A DNA stretch of 64,000 bases. It comes from an uncultured cyanobacterium (GTDB taxonomy: Bacteria; Cyanobacteriota; Cyanobacteriia; Pseudanabaenales; Pseudanabaenaceae). The position numbers and the translations under genes were made by a program. Positions within the stretch are counted from its first letter, which is position 1, and each line of letters starts with the position of its first letter. The notes beneath the pieces were generated by a model. It saw only the letters and a program-made list of their open reading frames with translations, did not search any database and was not told where the DNA came from. Shown piece by piece: positions 28,306 to 38,546 of this stretch. The stretch spans positions 1,408,001-1,472,000 of the forward strand of contig OY969811.1 in assembly GCA_963703315.1 (NCBI GenBank), read 5' to 3'.

Positions 28306-29295
28306 ATGTCAGATGAGATCGCCGACTCTGCTAGTAAAAAGGCTAGTAGAAATGCTATTAGAAATATTGTAATTATTGGCTCAGGTCCTGCAGGTTATAC
28401 TGCCGCAATTTACGCTGGACGCGCTAGTCTCCATCCCTTAGTATTTGAAGGTTTCCAAAAGGGTGGTATTCCAGGGGGACAATTAATGACCACAACGGAA
28501 GTGGAGAACTTTCCCGGATTTCCTATTGGCGTAATGGGTCCCCAATTAATGAGCTACATGAAAGAACAAGCAACTAATTGTGGCGCAGAGTTAGTCATGG
28601 AAGATGTGATTGCTGTTGATTTTAGCGATCGCCCCTTTACTGTGCGATCGCAGTCCCATACAATCCAAGCCCATAGCGTGATCATTGCCACAGGTGCGAC
28701 GGCAAAAAGACTAAATTTGCCCAGTGAATCGAAGTATTGGAATCGGGGGATTTCCGCCTGTGCAATATGTGACGGTGCTGCTGCCATCTTTCGGGGTGTG
28801 GAATTAGCAGTAGTCGGAGGTGGAGATACGGCGGCTGAGGAAGCAATTTTCCTAACTAAATATGGCTCGAAGGTGCATTTATTAGTAAGAGGCGATCGCC
28901 TCAGAGCCAGCAAAGTGATGCAAGATCGACTCTTAAAGCATCCCAAAATTACTGTACATTGGCATTCAATTCCCCTTGATGTTTATGGTGAAGAAATTGT
29001 TAAAGGAGTAAAGATTCGTGATCTAGTGACCAATACAGAGGTTGATTTATCGGTGGGGGGATTATTTTATGCGATCGGGCATACGCCGAATACAGATTTA
29101 TTTGCAGGACAGATAGAACTGGATCAGACTGGTTACATCATCACGAAGGGAAAATCGACAGTAACAAATATCGAAGGTGTCTATGCCTGTGGTGATGTCC
29201 AAGATCATGAATATCGCCAAGCAGTTACGGCGGCAGGGACAGGATGTATGGCGGCTCTCGAAGCTGAGCGTTGGCTTTCGGCAAAAATGCCATAG
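28306..29295 (+). CDS. trxB: Thioredoxin reductase
   Basis: [45 protein letters not shown]. Confidence 0.95.
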   Translation: MSDEIADSASKKASRNAIRNIVIIGSGPAGYTAAIYAGRASLHPLVFEGFQKGGIPGGQLMTTTEVENFPGFPIGVMGPQLMSYMKEQATNCGAELVMEDVIAVDFSDRPFTVRSQSHTIQAHSVIIATGATAKRLNLPSESKYWNRGISACAICDGAAAIFRGVELAVVGGGDTAAEEAIFLTKYGSKVHLLVRGDRLRASKVMQDRLLKHPKITVHWHSIPLDVYGEEIVKGVKIRDLVTNTEVDLSVGGLFYAIGHTPNTDLFAGQIELDQTGYIITKGKSTVTNIEGVYACGDVQDHEYRQAVTAAGTGCMAALEAERWLSAKMP

Positions 29296-29322
29296 AAGCC
29301 GCGCTTTGCGCGGCTTCTATGG
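29290..29322. terminator. Palindrome between convergent trxB and trpB
   Basis: ccatagaagccgcgc-ttt-gcgcggcttctatgg. Confidence 0.75.
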
Positions 29323-29325
29323 AGA

Positions 29326-30561
29326 TTAGAGATTCAGGTATTGAATTACAGTATTCACATCCTTATCACCACGCCCAGAGCAGTTAATGATGATGCGCTG
29401 ATCGGATGTTAGTTGTGGACAGAGGGTTTCTAGATAGGCGATCGCATGGGATGTTTCCAAAGCAGGAATAATTCCTTCTAAACGAGATAAACGTTGGAAA
29501 GCTTCAAGCGCTTCTTGATCGGTGACGCTGTAATATTCCGCACGACCGAGATCCTTGAGATAGCTATGTTCGGGTCCCACCCCAGGGTAGTCTAAACCAG
29601 CGCTAATGGAATGTGCTTCTTGTACTTGTCCTTGTTCATCTTGCAAGAGATAGCTCATCGCACCATGCAGTACACCCACGCGCCCCAGAGTCAAGGTAGC
29701 CGCGTGGAATTCGGTATTTGTACCTTTACCTGCGGCTTCCACCCCAATCAAACGAACGGTCGGTTCATCCACAAACTCATGGAATAAGCCCATCGCGTTC
29801 GAGCCACCACCAACACAAGCCAGCAGAATATCAGGTAATCCGCCCCATTTCTCTTGGCTCTGACGACGGCTTTCTTTGCCAATTACGGCATGGAAATCGC
29901 GCACAATCATGGGATAGGGATGGGGACCAGCAACGGAACCAAGGATGTAATGGGTATCGACTACATTAGTTACCCAGTCACGAATTGCCTCAGAGGTGGC
30001 ATCCTTGAGCGTACCTGTACCTGACTCAACGGGACGCACTTCTGCACCCATGAGCTTCATACGGAAGACATTGAGGGATTGACGCTCCATGTCCTGTACG
30101 CCCATGTAGATTACGCAATCTAGCCCAAAGCGAGCGCATACGGTGGCAGTAGCAACACCATGCTGTCCTGCACCAGTCTCAGCGATGACGCGCTTTTTAC
30201 CCATGCGAATCGCCAGCAGGACTTGAGCCAAGGCATTATTAATTTTGTGAGCGCCTGTATGATTGAGGTCTTCACGCTTGAGATAAATCTGAGCCGTGCC
30301 ATAATGCTGTGTCAATCGCTCCGCAAAGTAGAGGGGGCTAGGTCTGCCCACATAGTCCCGCAAATAGCCATCTAGCTCGTTGTTAAAATCTGGATCATTT
30401 TTGTAATGGTAAAAGGCAGATTCTAGCTCCGTGAGAGCGCTCATGAGGGTTTCAGGGACATATTTGCCGCCAAAGATACCAAACCGTCCTAAAGCATCAG
30501 GACGATTGGTGGGCGTGGAAGGAGTGGAGTTAGTTTTAGGAGCGATCGGCGTTGTGGTCAT
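29326..30561 (-). CDS. trpB: Tryptophan synthase beta chain
   Basis: [40 protein letters not shown]. Confidence 0.98.
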   Translation of the reverse strand: MTTTPIAPKTNSTPSTPTNRPDALGRFGIFGGKYVPETLMSALTELESAFYHYKNDPDFNNELDGYLRDYVGRPSPLYFAERLTQHYGTAQIYLKREDLNHTGAHKINNALAQVLLAIRMGKKRVIAETGAGQHGVATATVCARFGLDCVIYMGVQDMERQSLNVFRMKLMGAEVRPVESGTGTLKDATSEAIRDWVTNVVDTHYILGSVAGPHPYPMIVRDFHAVIGKESRRQSQEKWGGLPDILLACVGGGSNAMGLFHEFVDEPTVRLIGVEAAGKGTNTEFHAATLTLGRVGVLHGAMSYLLQDEQGQVQEAHSISAGLDYPGVGPEHSYLKDLGRAEYYSVTDQEALEAFQRLSRLEGIIPALETSHAIAYLETLCPQLTSDQRIIINCSGRGDKDVNTVIQYLNL

Positions 30562-30683
30562 TACGGTGAGTCTTGACTGATGAATTAACTACTATTAAAT
30601 CTTGGTTGGTGCGCTGGTGACACTGTAGCTAGGATAACAAATTTTAAAACCTCCAAATGACATTACTATTTGGAGGTTTGGTA

Positions 30684-32684
30684 TTATTTCTCTTGATAAT
30701 TTGGAAGACTATCGACTTTTGTAGCTTTTGCTTCTTTATTTTGATTCCAAAGCAACATTCCTAATACACCGTCTAGTAAACCACCGCCGCGATCGCCGCC
30801 GCCATTGACTGCCACATCGGGGACAACCCGTACATTGCGATCGCCGATGGTTTGCATTAATTGCAGCGCAACGTATGAGTTACCACCGAGGGCATCGACA
30901 CCAGCGCGATAGGCATCGGCTTTTGCTTCACCCGTAACCCGAATTGCCTCTGCTTCACCGCTTGCCTCTTTGACTTTGGCACTAGCTTGTAATTCGGCAA
31001 TCCGCACACCCTGTTCTGCCGTGACGACTTCTCTTTGGATATCGGCTAGAGAAGTTTCGCGAACTAGTTCTTGACGCTGAGTTTGGGAGATGCGTTGGAC
31101 TTCGTAGGTTTTACGTTGTTCCTCAGCAATTTTGCGATCGGTGAGGGTTTGCATTAAACTCTCAGGTGGATCGATTTGACCGAGCAAAGTATCGACTGCT
31201 TGGACATCATAGGAGTGCATGGCATTACGAATAAATTCGGCAGCTTCGGCTTGGCGATCGCTACGAGCGATCAAGAAATCTAGAACTGTATAAGCCTGTG
31301 CAGAGTTGCGGAAGTAATTACCAACAGTGGGACGGAGAACATGATCAACGAGATTTTGCATCGAACCCACTCGCGAAATGACTCTAGGGGCATCCAGCGA
31401 GCCTACATGAATGATTTGGGCTACTTCTAAATTGAAAGCAAATCCATCGATAGATCGTACATTTAAAGCTCTAAGTTTAGAATCGTAACCGTGAGTTTCC
31501 GTGCGATCGCTAAAGTTCAGCACAATATTTGTCGTGGGAACTAATTCCACTTTCATAATATGTGTATTTAATGGATGTTTGCCGGGATAAAGCGGCTCAA
31601 TCCATACGCCTTTATCGCCTACATTTACCAAATGCCCGTGCGTAAAGAGAGCGCCACTGACATCATCTTGTGCGCCACCAACAAAGGAGATTACCACGCC
31701 GACATAGCCAATGGGAATCTCGGTCATTTTCACCTGTTCAATTTGGGCAAACCAAGGATTAATATTCCATGAACCCGATAGAATGACCTGCTCCTGTAAA
31801 CCACGACGACCGCCGCCATTAATAAATAATTGAGCATTTTGGAAATTATCATGTTCAGGAATAATCGCTCCAGCGATCGCCCCTGATTCAATAGGAATTC
31901 CATCTAATGTAGTGACAATGCCTACTTTCTCTGTCGCCACTGAATAGAGTTTTAACTCCGCAGGTGACATCCCATTTTGAGCTGCATTTGCCGAAGTCAC
32001 AATTGAGAACAAAGCCGTATTAATACGATAGGTTCCTGCGGTTAAAATACCGATCTGTCTACCTTTTTCACCACCAGCTAAGAGAAACTGCCTCGCATTT
32101 TGAAAGTTGTCGCAGGGAACGGTTTTGCCCAGAATGCGATCGGGGGGAATCGATTTGCCATCATTGGCAATTATTAATCCAATTTCACCTTGGGGAATGA
32201 CAACGACAGATTCTTTGCGAATCCCATATTGCCAAGGATAATAGCCAAAATACCAACCAGGGGCGAGGGTGTCGGCTTGGTATCCTGCTTCACCATTGAG
32301 GGCAACCAGTTGTCCTGGGGGTAAATCACCGCGAAATGAGAATTTCTTAACAACGATGCCAACTTCACGTTCACCAATGACGATCAGCCCTAAAATCCAT
32401 CCTACCTGTGGCAAAAATATAAATACAATTACCACACCACCAATTATCCAGACCCATAAGGGCAAGTTCAGATCGCCAGCTTGCATTACTTGCACAGACG
32501 GCGATCGCATTTGAGTAGTATCTTTTTGAGAAATTTGCTGAGCGATCGCTGTTTGATTACCACTGATCGCAGGTAATGCAACAGTTCCCAGCATGGCGAT
32601 CGCTGCACCTGAAACCAGCGATCGCTGCCAAAGGTTCTTGCCAAAGTTTTGACAAATATCCTGAATACTAACTAGCTTTTTCAC
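30684..32684 (-). CDS. SPFH/flotillin family membrane scaffold protein
   Basis: TM followed by repeated GEAGYQADTL/GEKGRQ/GRRGLQEQV modules, band-7 domain and AE-rich coil. Confidence 0.85.
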   Translation of the reverse strand: MKKLVSIQDICQNFGKNLWQRSLVSGAAIAMLGTVALPAISGNQTAIAQQISQKDTTQMRSPSVQVMQAGDLNLPLWVWIIGGVVIVFIFLPQVGWILGLIVIGEREVGIVVKKFSFRGDLPPGQLVALNGEAGYQADTLAPGWYFGYYPWQYGIRKESVVVIPQGEIGLIIANDGKSIPPDRILGKTVPCDNFQNARQFLLAGGEKGRQIGILTAGTYRINTALFSIVTSANAAQNGMSPAELKLYSVATEKVGIVTTLDGIPIESGAIAGAIIPEHDNFQNAQLFINGGGRRGLQEQVILSGSWNINPWFAQIEQVKMTEIPIGYVGVVISFVGGAQDDVSGALFTHGHLVNVGDKGVWIEPLYPGKHPLNTHIMKVELVPTTNIVLNFSDRTETHGYDSKLRALNVRSIDGFAFNLEVAQIIHVGSLDAPRVISRVGSMQNLVDHVLRPTVGNYFRNSAQAYTVLDFLIARSDRQAEAAEFIRNAMHSYDVQAVDTLLGQIDPPESLMQTLTDRKIAEEQRKTYEVQRISQTQRQELVRETSLADIQREVVTAEQGVRIAELQASAKVKEASGEAEAIRVTGEAKADAYRAGVDALGGNSYVALQLMQTIGDRNVRVVPDVAVNGGGDRGGGLLDGVLGMLLWNQNKEAKATKVDSLPNYQEK

Positions 32685-32783
32685 GGGTAAAACCCCACTT
32701 TCAGAACTGCTGCTAATTTAGCGCAGTTGTTAGAAAATTCTCAAAATTTACTAAGAAAATTAATAACCAACCTGTAGCAATAC

Positions 32784-32900
32784 TGTAGCAATGTTAAGTT
32801 TTGCTTAGGACATAAAAGCCGAAAGATTGATAGCGGCGCTTCGCGCCGCTATCAATCTTTCGGCTTTTGATCTGCCTTAACTCACTCAAGCATTGCTATA
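32784..32900. repeat. Family B element
   Basis: tagcaatg...cattgctata ends; perfect 26-bp stem 32814-32868. Confidence 0.88.
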
Positions 32901-32901
32901 T

Positions 32902-32977
32902 TAAGTAGCTCAGCATAGTTAAACCCCAAAACCAGAGCTTGTGCCGCCCGCTACGCGGGCGGCACAAGCTTCTAGAT
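32902..32977. repeat. Family A' element (partial), abutting family B
   Basis: taagtagctcagcatagttaaa...agcttgtgccgcccgc-tac-gcgggcggcacaagct. Confidence 0.78.
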
Positions 32978-33014
32978 TAATGAAGGTGGCATAGAGTACA
33001 AACTTCATTAATTT

Positions 33015-34334
33015 TTAAAGAGAGTTCCACCGTTCGGCTGCCGAGGCGATCGCCTTATTGCTAGGCTTCTCCTTGAGCATGGCAAGCTGTAACTCCTCAT
33101 AAATAATCTTACGCAGCTTCTCAATATCTTTGGCTGGAGGAATTAGTACTTCTGATTGAGACAGTTGCGAGGCACTGATTACTCTAGCGCGATCAAGAAG
33201 TGGTGCATTTTTAGCGGCTTCGGTGAAATAGCGATCGCTTACACTCTTAACTGTTGAAGGCAATGAGTTCTCAATCTTGGAAAAGGTAAGTTGATTATCG
33301 GCATTAGTTAAATAGAGCGCAAACTTGACAGCGAGAGCTTGATTGGTGGATATAGTTGGTACAGAGACATTCATCACTGCTGCACTCTTTTTGCCCGTTG
33401 AGCCTGTAATTTGTGCGCCCACATCAGTGACCTTCGCTACCTCTGGTGCATTGAGGGCAATTGTTTTCAGAAACTGAGGGCCAGTCAATAAAATTGCTAA
33501 TTCTCCTGCTTGGTAAAGTTCTATCGCCTTGCGATGTCCTTCCGTCAAGATTTCGCGGGGAATCAATTGCTTCTCAAATAGATTTACCCAATAGTCAAAG
33601 GCAGCTTTACCCGTAGCATCATTAAAAGCGGCTTTGCCATTAGCATCCAGCAACTTCATCCCCATCTGTACCATTGCTTCGAGAACTTGTCCCCCATCCA
33701 TCGTTAGCAAGAAAGCATATTTACCTGTCTTCGCCTTAATCTGCTCGGAAACCTTGGTGAGTTCTTCAAAAGTTTTCGGTGGTTTGGCAGGATCTAGACC
33801 TGCTTTTTCAAATAGCGATCGGTTATAAATGGTGATGTCTGTGGCAACATACCAAGGTAGCCCAAAAGTCGTATTATCCAGTTGATTGGCTTTCCAAATA
33901 TTGGGGAAATAGCTAGCCTGATCAGTTGCTGAGATAGTAGTACCCATATCCACTAGGGCTTTTTTTTCGGCAAGTTTTGACGCGAATTGAGGATTAAGAT
34001 TCACCACATCAGGAGCAGTTTTGGCAGCTACAGAACTCAAAATCTTAGTTTCCATCTCTCCCCAAGGAATATCCACCCATTCCACTTCTGCGGTTGGGTT
34101 CTCTTTGACAAATCCTACAATTAAATCCGTCATATATTTATCAAATTGCGGTTTTAATTGCATTGTCCAAAAGACAATTTTGCTCTTGCCTGAAGCTGGA
34201 GATTGCGTAGTTTGCGCTCCACAGGCTCCGAGCAGAAACAGGGTGGAAAGTCCAATAAACTTACGACGATTAAGGTTTGAGAAGAGATTAGGTGACATAT
34301 CAAAAATACTAACTTGAGCTTGATTATATAGCAA
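33015..34334 (-). CDS. Sugar ABC transporter substrate-binding lipoprotein (start likely 34298)
   Basis: RRKF Tat-like motif plus LGAC lipobox, FWTMQLKPQF, APDVVNLNP. Confidence 0.88.
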   Translation of the reverse strand: MLYNQAQVSIFDMSPNLFSNLNRRKFIGLSTLFLLGACGAQTTQSPASGKSKIVFWTMQLKPQFDKYMTDLIVGFVKENPTAEVEWVDIPWGEMETKILSSVAAKTAPDVVNLNPQFASKLAEKKALVDMGTTISATDQASYFPNIWKANQLDNTTFGLPWYVATDITIYNRSLFEKAGLDPAKPPKTFEELTKVSEQIKAKTGKYAFLLTMDGGQVLEAMVQMGMKLLDANGKAAFNDATGKAAFDYWVNLFEKQLIPREILTEGHRKAIELYQAGELAILLTGPQFLKTIALNAPEVAKVTDVGAQITGSTGKKSAAVMNVSVPTISTNQALAVKFALYLTNADNQLTFSKIENSLPSTVKSVSDRYFTEAAKNAPLLDRARVISASQLSQSEVLIPPAKDIEKLRKIIYEELQLAMLKEKPSNKAIASAAERWNSL

Positions 34335-34407
34335 ATTAGAAAGTGATTCTACTTTGCTATGCTAGTAATAGCGATCGCTAATATTCGCGTCAACCAAACC
34401 TAAACCG

Positions 34408-34965
34408 ATGAGTAATCCTGTAACTGTAGAAGATATTTACGAGCTTTTTCGCATTTCTCAGCAAGAAGCTGATCGCCGCGCTGCCGAAGCCGATCGCCGC
34501 ATGGAAAAACTAGAGCGCACTGTAGAAAATACGAATCGTGCGGTTAATGCCTTGACTACACGCTGGGGAAGGTTTGTTGAAGAATTGGTACGTCCTGCGG
34601 TTGTACGCTTGTTTCGGGCTAAGGGGATTAATGTCACTCGTACTTTTTTGAGAATGCGTTCTGAGTCCAAAAATCTACCGATGGAGATAGATGTATTTGG
34701 TGTAAATGGAATGAGTGCGATCGCTGTGGAATGTAAGTCGCGTTTGTCTACAGATGATGTTGATCAGATGTGCGAACGACTCAGCAATCTCAAGAATGCT
34801 TTTCCAGAGTATAACAACTATCGTGTTTTTGGTGCTGTTGCGGGAATAGAGGTCGATGATAATGTTGGTCGCTATGCTTATCAGAAGGGGCTATATGTGA
34901 TTAAGCCATCGGGTGACACTGTTGAGATTGTCAATGATGAGAAATTTCAGGCGATCGCGTGGTAG
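34408..34965 (+). CDS. Coiled-coil + PD-(D/E)XK nuclease-like protein (DUF3782-like)
   Basis: RWGRFVEELV.P, EIDV...AVECKS, YAYQKGLYVI. Confidence 0.75.
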   Translation: MSNPVTVEDIYELFRISQQEADRRAAEADRRMEKLERTVENTNRAVNALTTRWGRFVEELVRPAVVRLFRAKGINVTRTFLRMRSESKNLPMEIDVFGVNGMSAIAVECKSRLSTDDVDQMCERLSNLKNAFPEYNNYRVFGAVAGIEVDDNVGRYAYQKGLYVIKPSGDTVEIVNDEKFQAIAW

Positions 34966-35054
34966 TTGGGTGCAAACCAAAAAAAATGTGGCATAAGCTG
35001 CGCGTATGCCACATTTTTTGCGGATGGCAGCGTGAGCCGACATCCTAAACTATT

Positions 35055-35990
35055 TTATTTAACTTCTGCAAGTAAATTCGCGAGACGTGGATATTTGGAA
35101 ACTAGACCAAAGGTTTCAGGAGAGACAACATCATAGGTAAAGTGGCGCTGAGCAATACAGAAGCGATCCCATGCAGCAACTTCAATGCGAAATAATTTGA
35201 TGATCATATTTACTAAAAATGGAGTCAGTTCAAACTGCCAACCAACTTTTAAGTTCAAAAATTCACAGAACTGTGTAATCAAATCCTGAGTGGTGAGGCG
35301 CTGCATTCCTAAAACTAAACGGGCTGGAGATTGGGGAACTGATGTTGCAGTAAGCAGATGGGTCACAATTTGAGCAATATCGATCGCATGGACAAAATGG
35401 AAACTTCCATCAGCTTTTAAAAATCTAGCGTAGGGAATATATTTGAGAATATCCTTAAGTCCTCTGGATAGATGGGAATAGGGCTTGTCCACCGCACCAC
35501 CAAAAACGAGGGTGGGAAATACAGTAATTAGGCGATCGCGAATGATGGAATTCTCTAATGTTTCTAGACAAGCGTGTTTAGAAGCGATGTATGCTGTGCC
35601 GACTGTGCCTGCTTCAGGAATGATTTGATTATGAGAATCGAGAATGCTGGCAGTAGAGAAGTAGATCGCCCGTTCGCAGATTGCGGGATCAAGGGAAGAG
35701 AATAATTCGATGGTTTTATCGCGATTGACCACAAAGGCTTCTTCTCCTCCCCAACCTGCGGCAGTACTGACGACAAATTCCATCGTGCGAAGTAAATCTT
35801 TGTGATTACCAATATTCTGCATCGAGTCTTCGATAATATGTACGTTGGGGCGATCGCTTAGATCTACTTGCAACTTGCGGCGATCGCGTACTAGTAAATA
35901 TAAATCGTAATCAGTCTTTGCTAAAAGCTCCTCGATTAAATAATGACCAACACAACCACTCGCACCCGTAATAAAAACTTTCTTTGGCAT
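35055..35990 (-). CDS. NAD-dependent epimerase/dehydratase family protein
   Basis: ITGASGCVG, YFSTAS, YIASK. Confidence 0.88.
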   Translation of the reverse strand: MPKKVFITGASGCVGHYLIEELLAKTDYDLYLLVRDRRKLQVDLSDRPNVHIIEDSMQNIGNHKDLLRTMEFVVSTAAGWGGEEAFVVNRDKTIELFSSLDPAICERAIYFSTASILDSHNQIIPEAGTVGTAYIASKHACLETLENSIIRDRLITVFPTLVFGGAVDKPYSHLSRGLKDILKYIPYARFLKADGSFHFVHAIDIAQIVTHLLTATSVPQSPARLVLGMQRLTTQDLITQFCEFLNLKVGWQFELTPFLVNMIIKLFRIEVAAWDRFCIAQRHFTYDVVSPETFGLVSKYPRLANLLAEVK

Positions 35991-36040
35991 TCTTTTAATA
36001 ACTTTGAATAAGTCCTAATTTTATGCTTTTTCGGTATCCA

Positions 36041-36102
36041 TATAGCAATCCTAAATGGTTTGTGGTTTTCATTTTGCCGTAGGCAAAATGAAAACCACTA
36101 TA
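36041..36102. repeat. TATAGC-ended palindromic element overlapping the stop codon of the peptidase gene
   Basis: tatagcaatcc...gtggttttcattttgcc-gta-ggcaaaatgaaaaccac-tata. Confidence 0.7.
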
Positions 36103-36928
36103 AATGTCTCGGGTCAAGGCGATAGTATCTCTGTAAGAGTTCGTAAAGAGCTTGATGTTTCTGATTTAGTTGATGGGGCTTCTCAAAAAAAGTCTCTGTT
36201 GCCACCGCAAAAAACTCCGCAGGGTTTGTTGTTCCATAACTATCCATTACCGTTTTTTTACCATTTTCGACGCGATCGCATAGTTGCAAATATTCCGCCG
36301 ACATCACCTGCTTCCATACCTCATAATCTAGTGTTCTCGCTAAAATTGGCACACCTTCCGCTTGTCCATCCTCTTGATCAAGCTGATGCGCGAACTCATG
36401 CAGCACTACATTATGTCCATCTTCCCAATTGTGAATATCCTGCTGTACCTGTTCCCAAGAGAGAACTAATTGATCCCTTGTCCATGATTCTCCTAGTCTG
36501 GCAACGCGCCGTTCTTCCACCACATAGCTGTTCATCACCATCTCATTCACAATATAAGCAGTGGGATAAACCAGAATTGATCGTAAATTAGGAAAGTAGG
36601 TTTTGCGATCGCCAAATAACAACAAACAAGCGATCGCGGCGATCGTGACTTTGATCTCTTCCGTAATTTGCAATCCTAGACAGCCAATAAATTGTTTCTC
36701 CTTCAAAAACACTTGAACATAGCCTTGCAATTCTTTTTGTTGTTCAGAAGTAAGAGAACTATAAATAGAAAGATTGCTTTCGATAATGCTTAACCATGAC
36801 TTTGGAAATTGCTGAGCCATGAGGCGATCGCGTTGCCACTTCACAAAAAATGGATAGCACAAAATTCCTATGGCGATCGCACTGATCCCAATAGAAAAGA
36901 TAATTGCTACAACATTTGGAGGAATCAC
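36098..36928 (-). CDS. MtfA/peptidase M90 family zinc metallopeptidase
   Basis: ILVYP, LGESW, GHNVVLHEFAHQLD, YGTTNPAEFFAVATE.FFEKP; start set at the GTG because the ORF-track start lies in a repeat. Confidence 0.9.
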   Translation of the reverse strand: MIPPNVVAIIFSIGISAIAIGILCYPFFVKWQRDRLMAQQFPKSWLSIIESNLSIYSSLTSEQQKELQGYVQVFLKEKQFIGCLGLQITEEIKVTIAAIACLLLFGDRKTYFPNLRSILVYPTAYIVNEMVMNSYVVEERRVARLGESWTRDQLVLSWEQVQQDIHNWEDGHNVVLHEFAHQLDQEDGQAEGVPILARTLDYEVWKQVMSAEYLQLCDRVENGKKTVMDSYGTTNPAEFFAVATETFFEKPHQLNQKHQALYELLQRYYRLDPRHL

Positions 36929-36946
36929 TGAGGTGAAATTAGTTGA

Positions 36947-37011
36947 AAAATAAAGAACCAATTCTTTGTGGCGCGGCGTAGCCGCGCCACAAAGAATTGG
37001 TTCTTTATTTT
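36947..37011. repeat. Perfect 31-bp-arm palindrome
   Basis: aaaataaagaaccaattctttgtggcgcggc-gta-gccgcgccacaaagaattggttctttatttt. Confidence 0.85.
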
Positions 37012-37105
37012 ACTGCAAGTCACTAGGTATTGACGACGACAAGCATTTATTAACTAAAAGATTTATCGTGGGAATCTCACACAAAATGAAGTAACATCGC
37101 TTAGA

Positions 37106-38485
37106 ATGACTTTAGAAAACTCAACATTTGCCCTCACACCTATGAAAGCTATTTGGATGTTAGCGGCGATCACAGGCTTATCAGTTGGAACCATTGGCTG
37201 TGGTGCAGCTAAGGATGCGACTCAAGCCCAGACGCAGAGCCAAAAACCTGCTACAGCCGTAGATGTGGCGATCGCCAAGTTTGATTCTCTCCAAGCTGAG
37301 ACAGAGTACACAGGCACAACTGCACCAATAAGGGAAGTGTCGGTAAAATCCCGACTGGAAGGGCGTTTGCTCGATTTGAATGTAGATGTTGGCGATCGCG
37401 TCGAAGCAGGACAAGCAATCGCCCAATTGGATGATGCAGTTCTATCTGCAACTGTGCTACAGGCAGAAGCAGAGGTTGCGGCAAGGGAAGCGGAAGTCTC
37501 ACAAGCGAGTGCGGCAGTGGGGAATGCTCGCTCTCAAGTAGAACGAGCCAGACTAGAATATCAACAAGCACAAGCTGATGCGAATCGCTTCACCCAATTG
37601 GCTAAAGATGGAGCTGTATCTTCTCAAACTGCGGAGACTGCCATCACTCGTGCGCGAACTGCCGAGCAATCATTGCGATCGGCTGAGCAGCAAGTCAGTC
37701 TTCAGCAACAAACGGTGGGAGCAAGTTCACAGAGAGTTTTAGCTCAAGAAGCGATTAGATTAAGGGAACAGGAGCGTCAATCCTACACTACGATTACTGC
37801 ACCGATTAGTGGGGTGGTGTTGGAGCGTGTGAGTGAAACGGGCAATCTTCTATTCGCAGGAAATGACGTTATAAAATTAGGTGATTTTAGTCAAGTTAAA
37901 GTAATTGTGCTGATTTCAGAATTAGAAATTAGCAAAGTTCGTTTAAATCAATCGGTTGATGTGCGATTTGATACATTCCCAAATCAAAAGTTTACAGGAA
38001 CAGTGAGACGGATTTCACCAGTAGCTGATCCCGTAGCCCGTCTCATTCCTGTAGAAGTGGTAGTCCCTAACCGTGACAACAAATTGGGGAGTGGTCAGCT
38101 AGCAAGAGTGCAGTTTTCAAGTAGTCAGTCTCGCCAGATTGTGATTGCCGAAACTGCACTAGAAGTAGCAGGACGACCGACTCAAGCACCTAAAGATGCA
38201 AATACCCAGACAAATCAACAAGCAAAGCCGAAAACTGATACTAAGTCTAGTGCTAATGCTAGTGACAGGGGGAAGCCCAAAACTGGCACAGTTTTTGTGA
38301 TTACGGGCGATCAGAAAGAACCAAAAGTGTCAGCGCGTAAAATCACCCTTGGCGATCGCCGTGATGGCAAAGTTGTGATTCTTTCTGGTTTAAAGGAAGG
38401 CGATCGCATTGTGGTTAGGAGTGGCGGCAAGTTACAGGATGGTGATGCTGTCAAGCTCAGTGTGTTATCGGAATCTTCTAAATAA
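37106..38485 (+). CDS. RND efflux periplasmic adaptor subunit
   Basis: Lipobox-like IGC, VDVGDRV..GQ, ITAPISGVV, ISPVADP. Confidence 0.9.
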   Translation: MTLENSTFALTPMKAIWMLAAITGLSVGTIGCGAAKDATQAQTQSQKPATAVDVAIAKFDSLQAETEYTGTTAPIREVSVKSRLEGRLLDLNVDVGDRVEAGQAIAQLDDAVLSATVLQAEAEVAAREAEVSQASAAVGNARSQVERARLEYQQAQADANRFTQLAKDGAVSSQTAETAITRARTAEQSLRSAEQQVSLQQQTVGASSQRVLAQEAIRLREQERQSYTTITAPISGVVLERVSETGNLLFAGNDVIKLGDFSQVKVIVLISELEISKVRLNQSVDVRFDTFPNQKFTGTVRRISPVADPVARLIPVEVVVPNRDNKLGSGQLARVQFSSSQSRQIVIAETALEVAGRPTQAPKDANTQTNQQAKPKTDTKSSANASDRGKPKTGTVFVITGDQKEPKVSARKITLGDRRDGKVVILSGLKEGDRIVVRSGGKLQDGDAVKLSVLSESSK

Positions 38486-38546
38486 AGATGTAAGGTGCTT
38501 TGCGCCTTACATCTTTACTTTTTTTAATTATTTTTAAGAGGTAACT

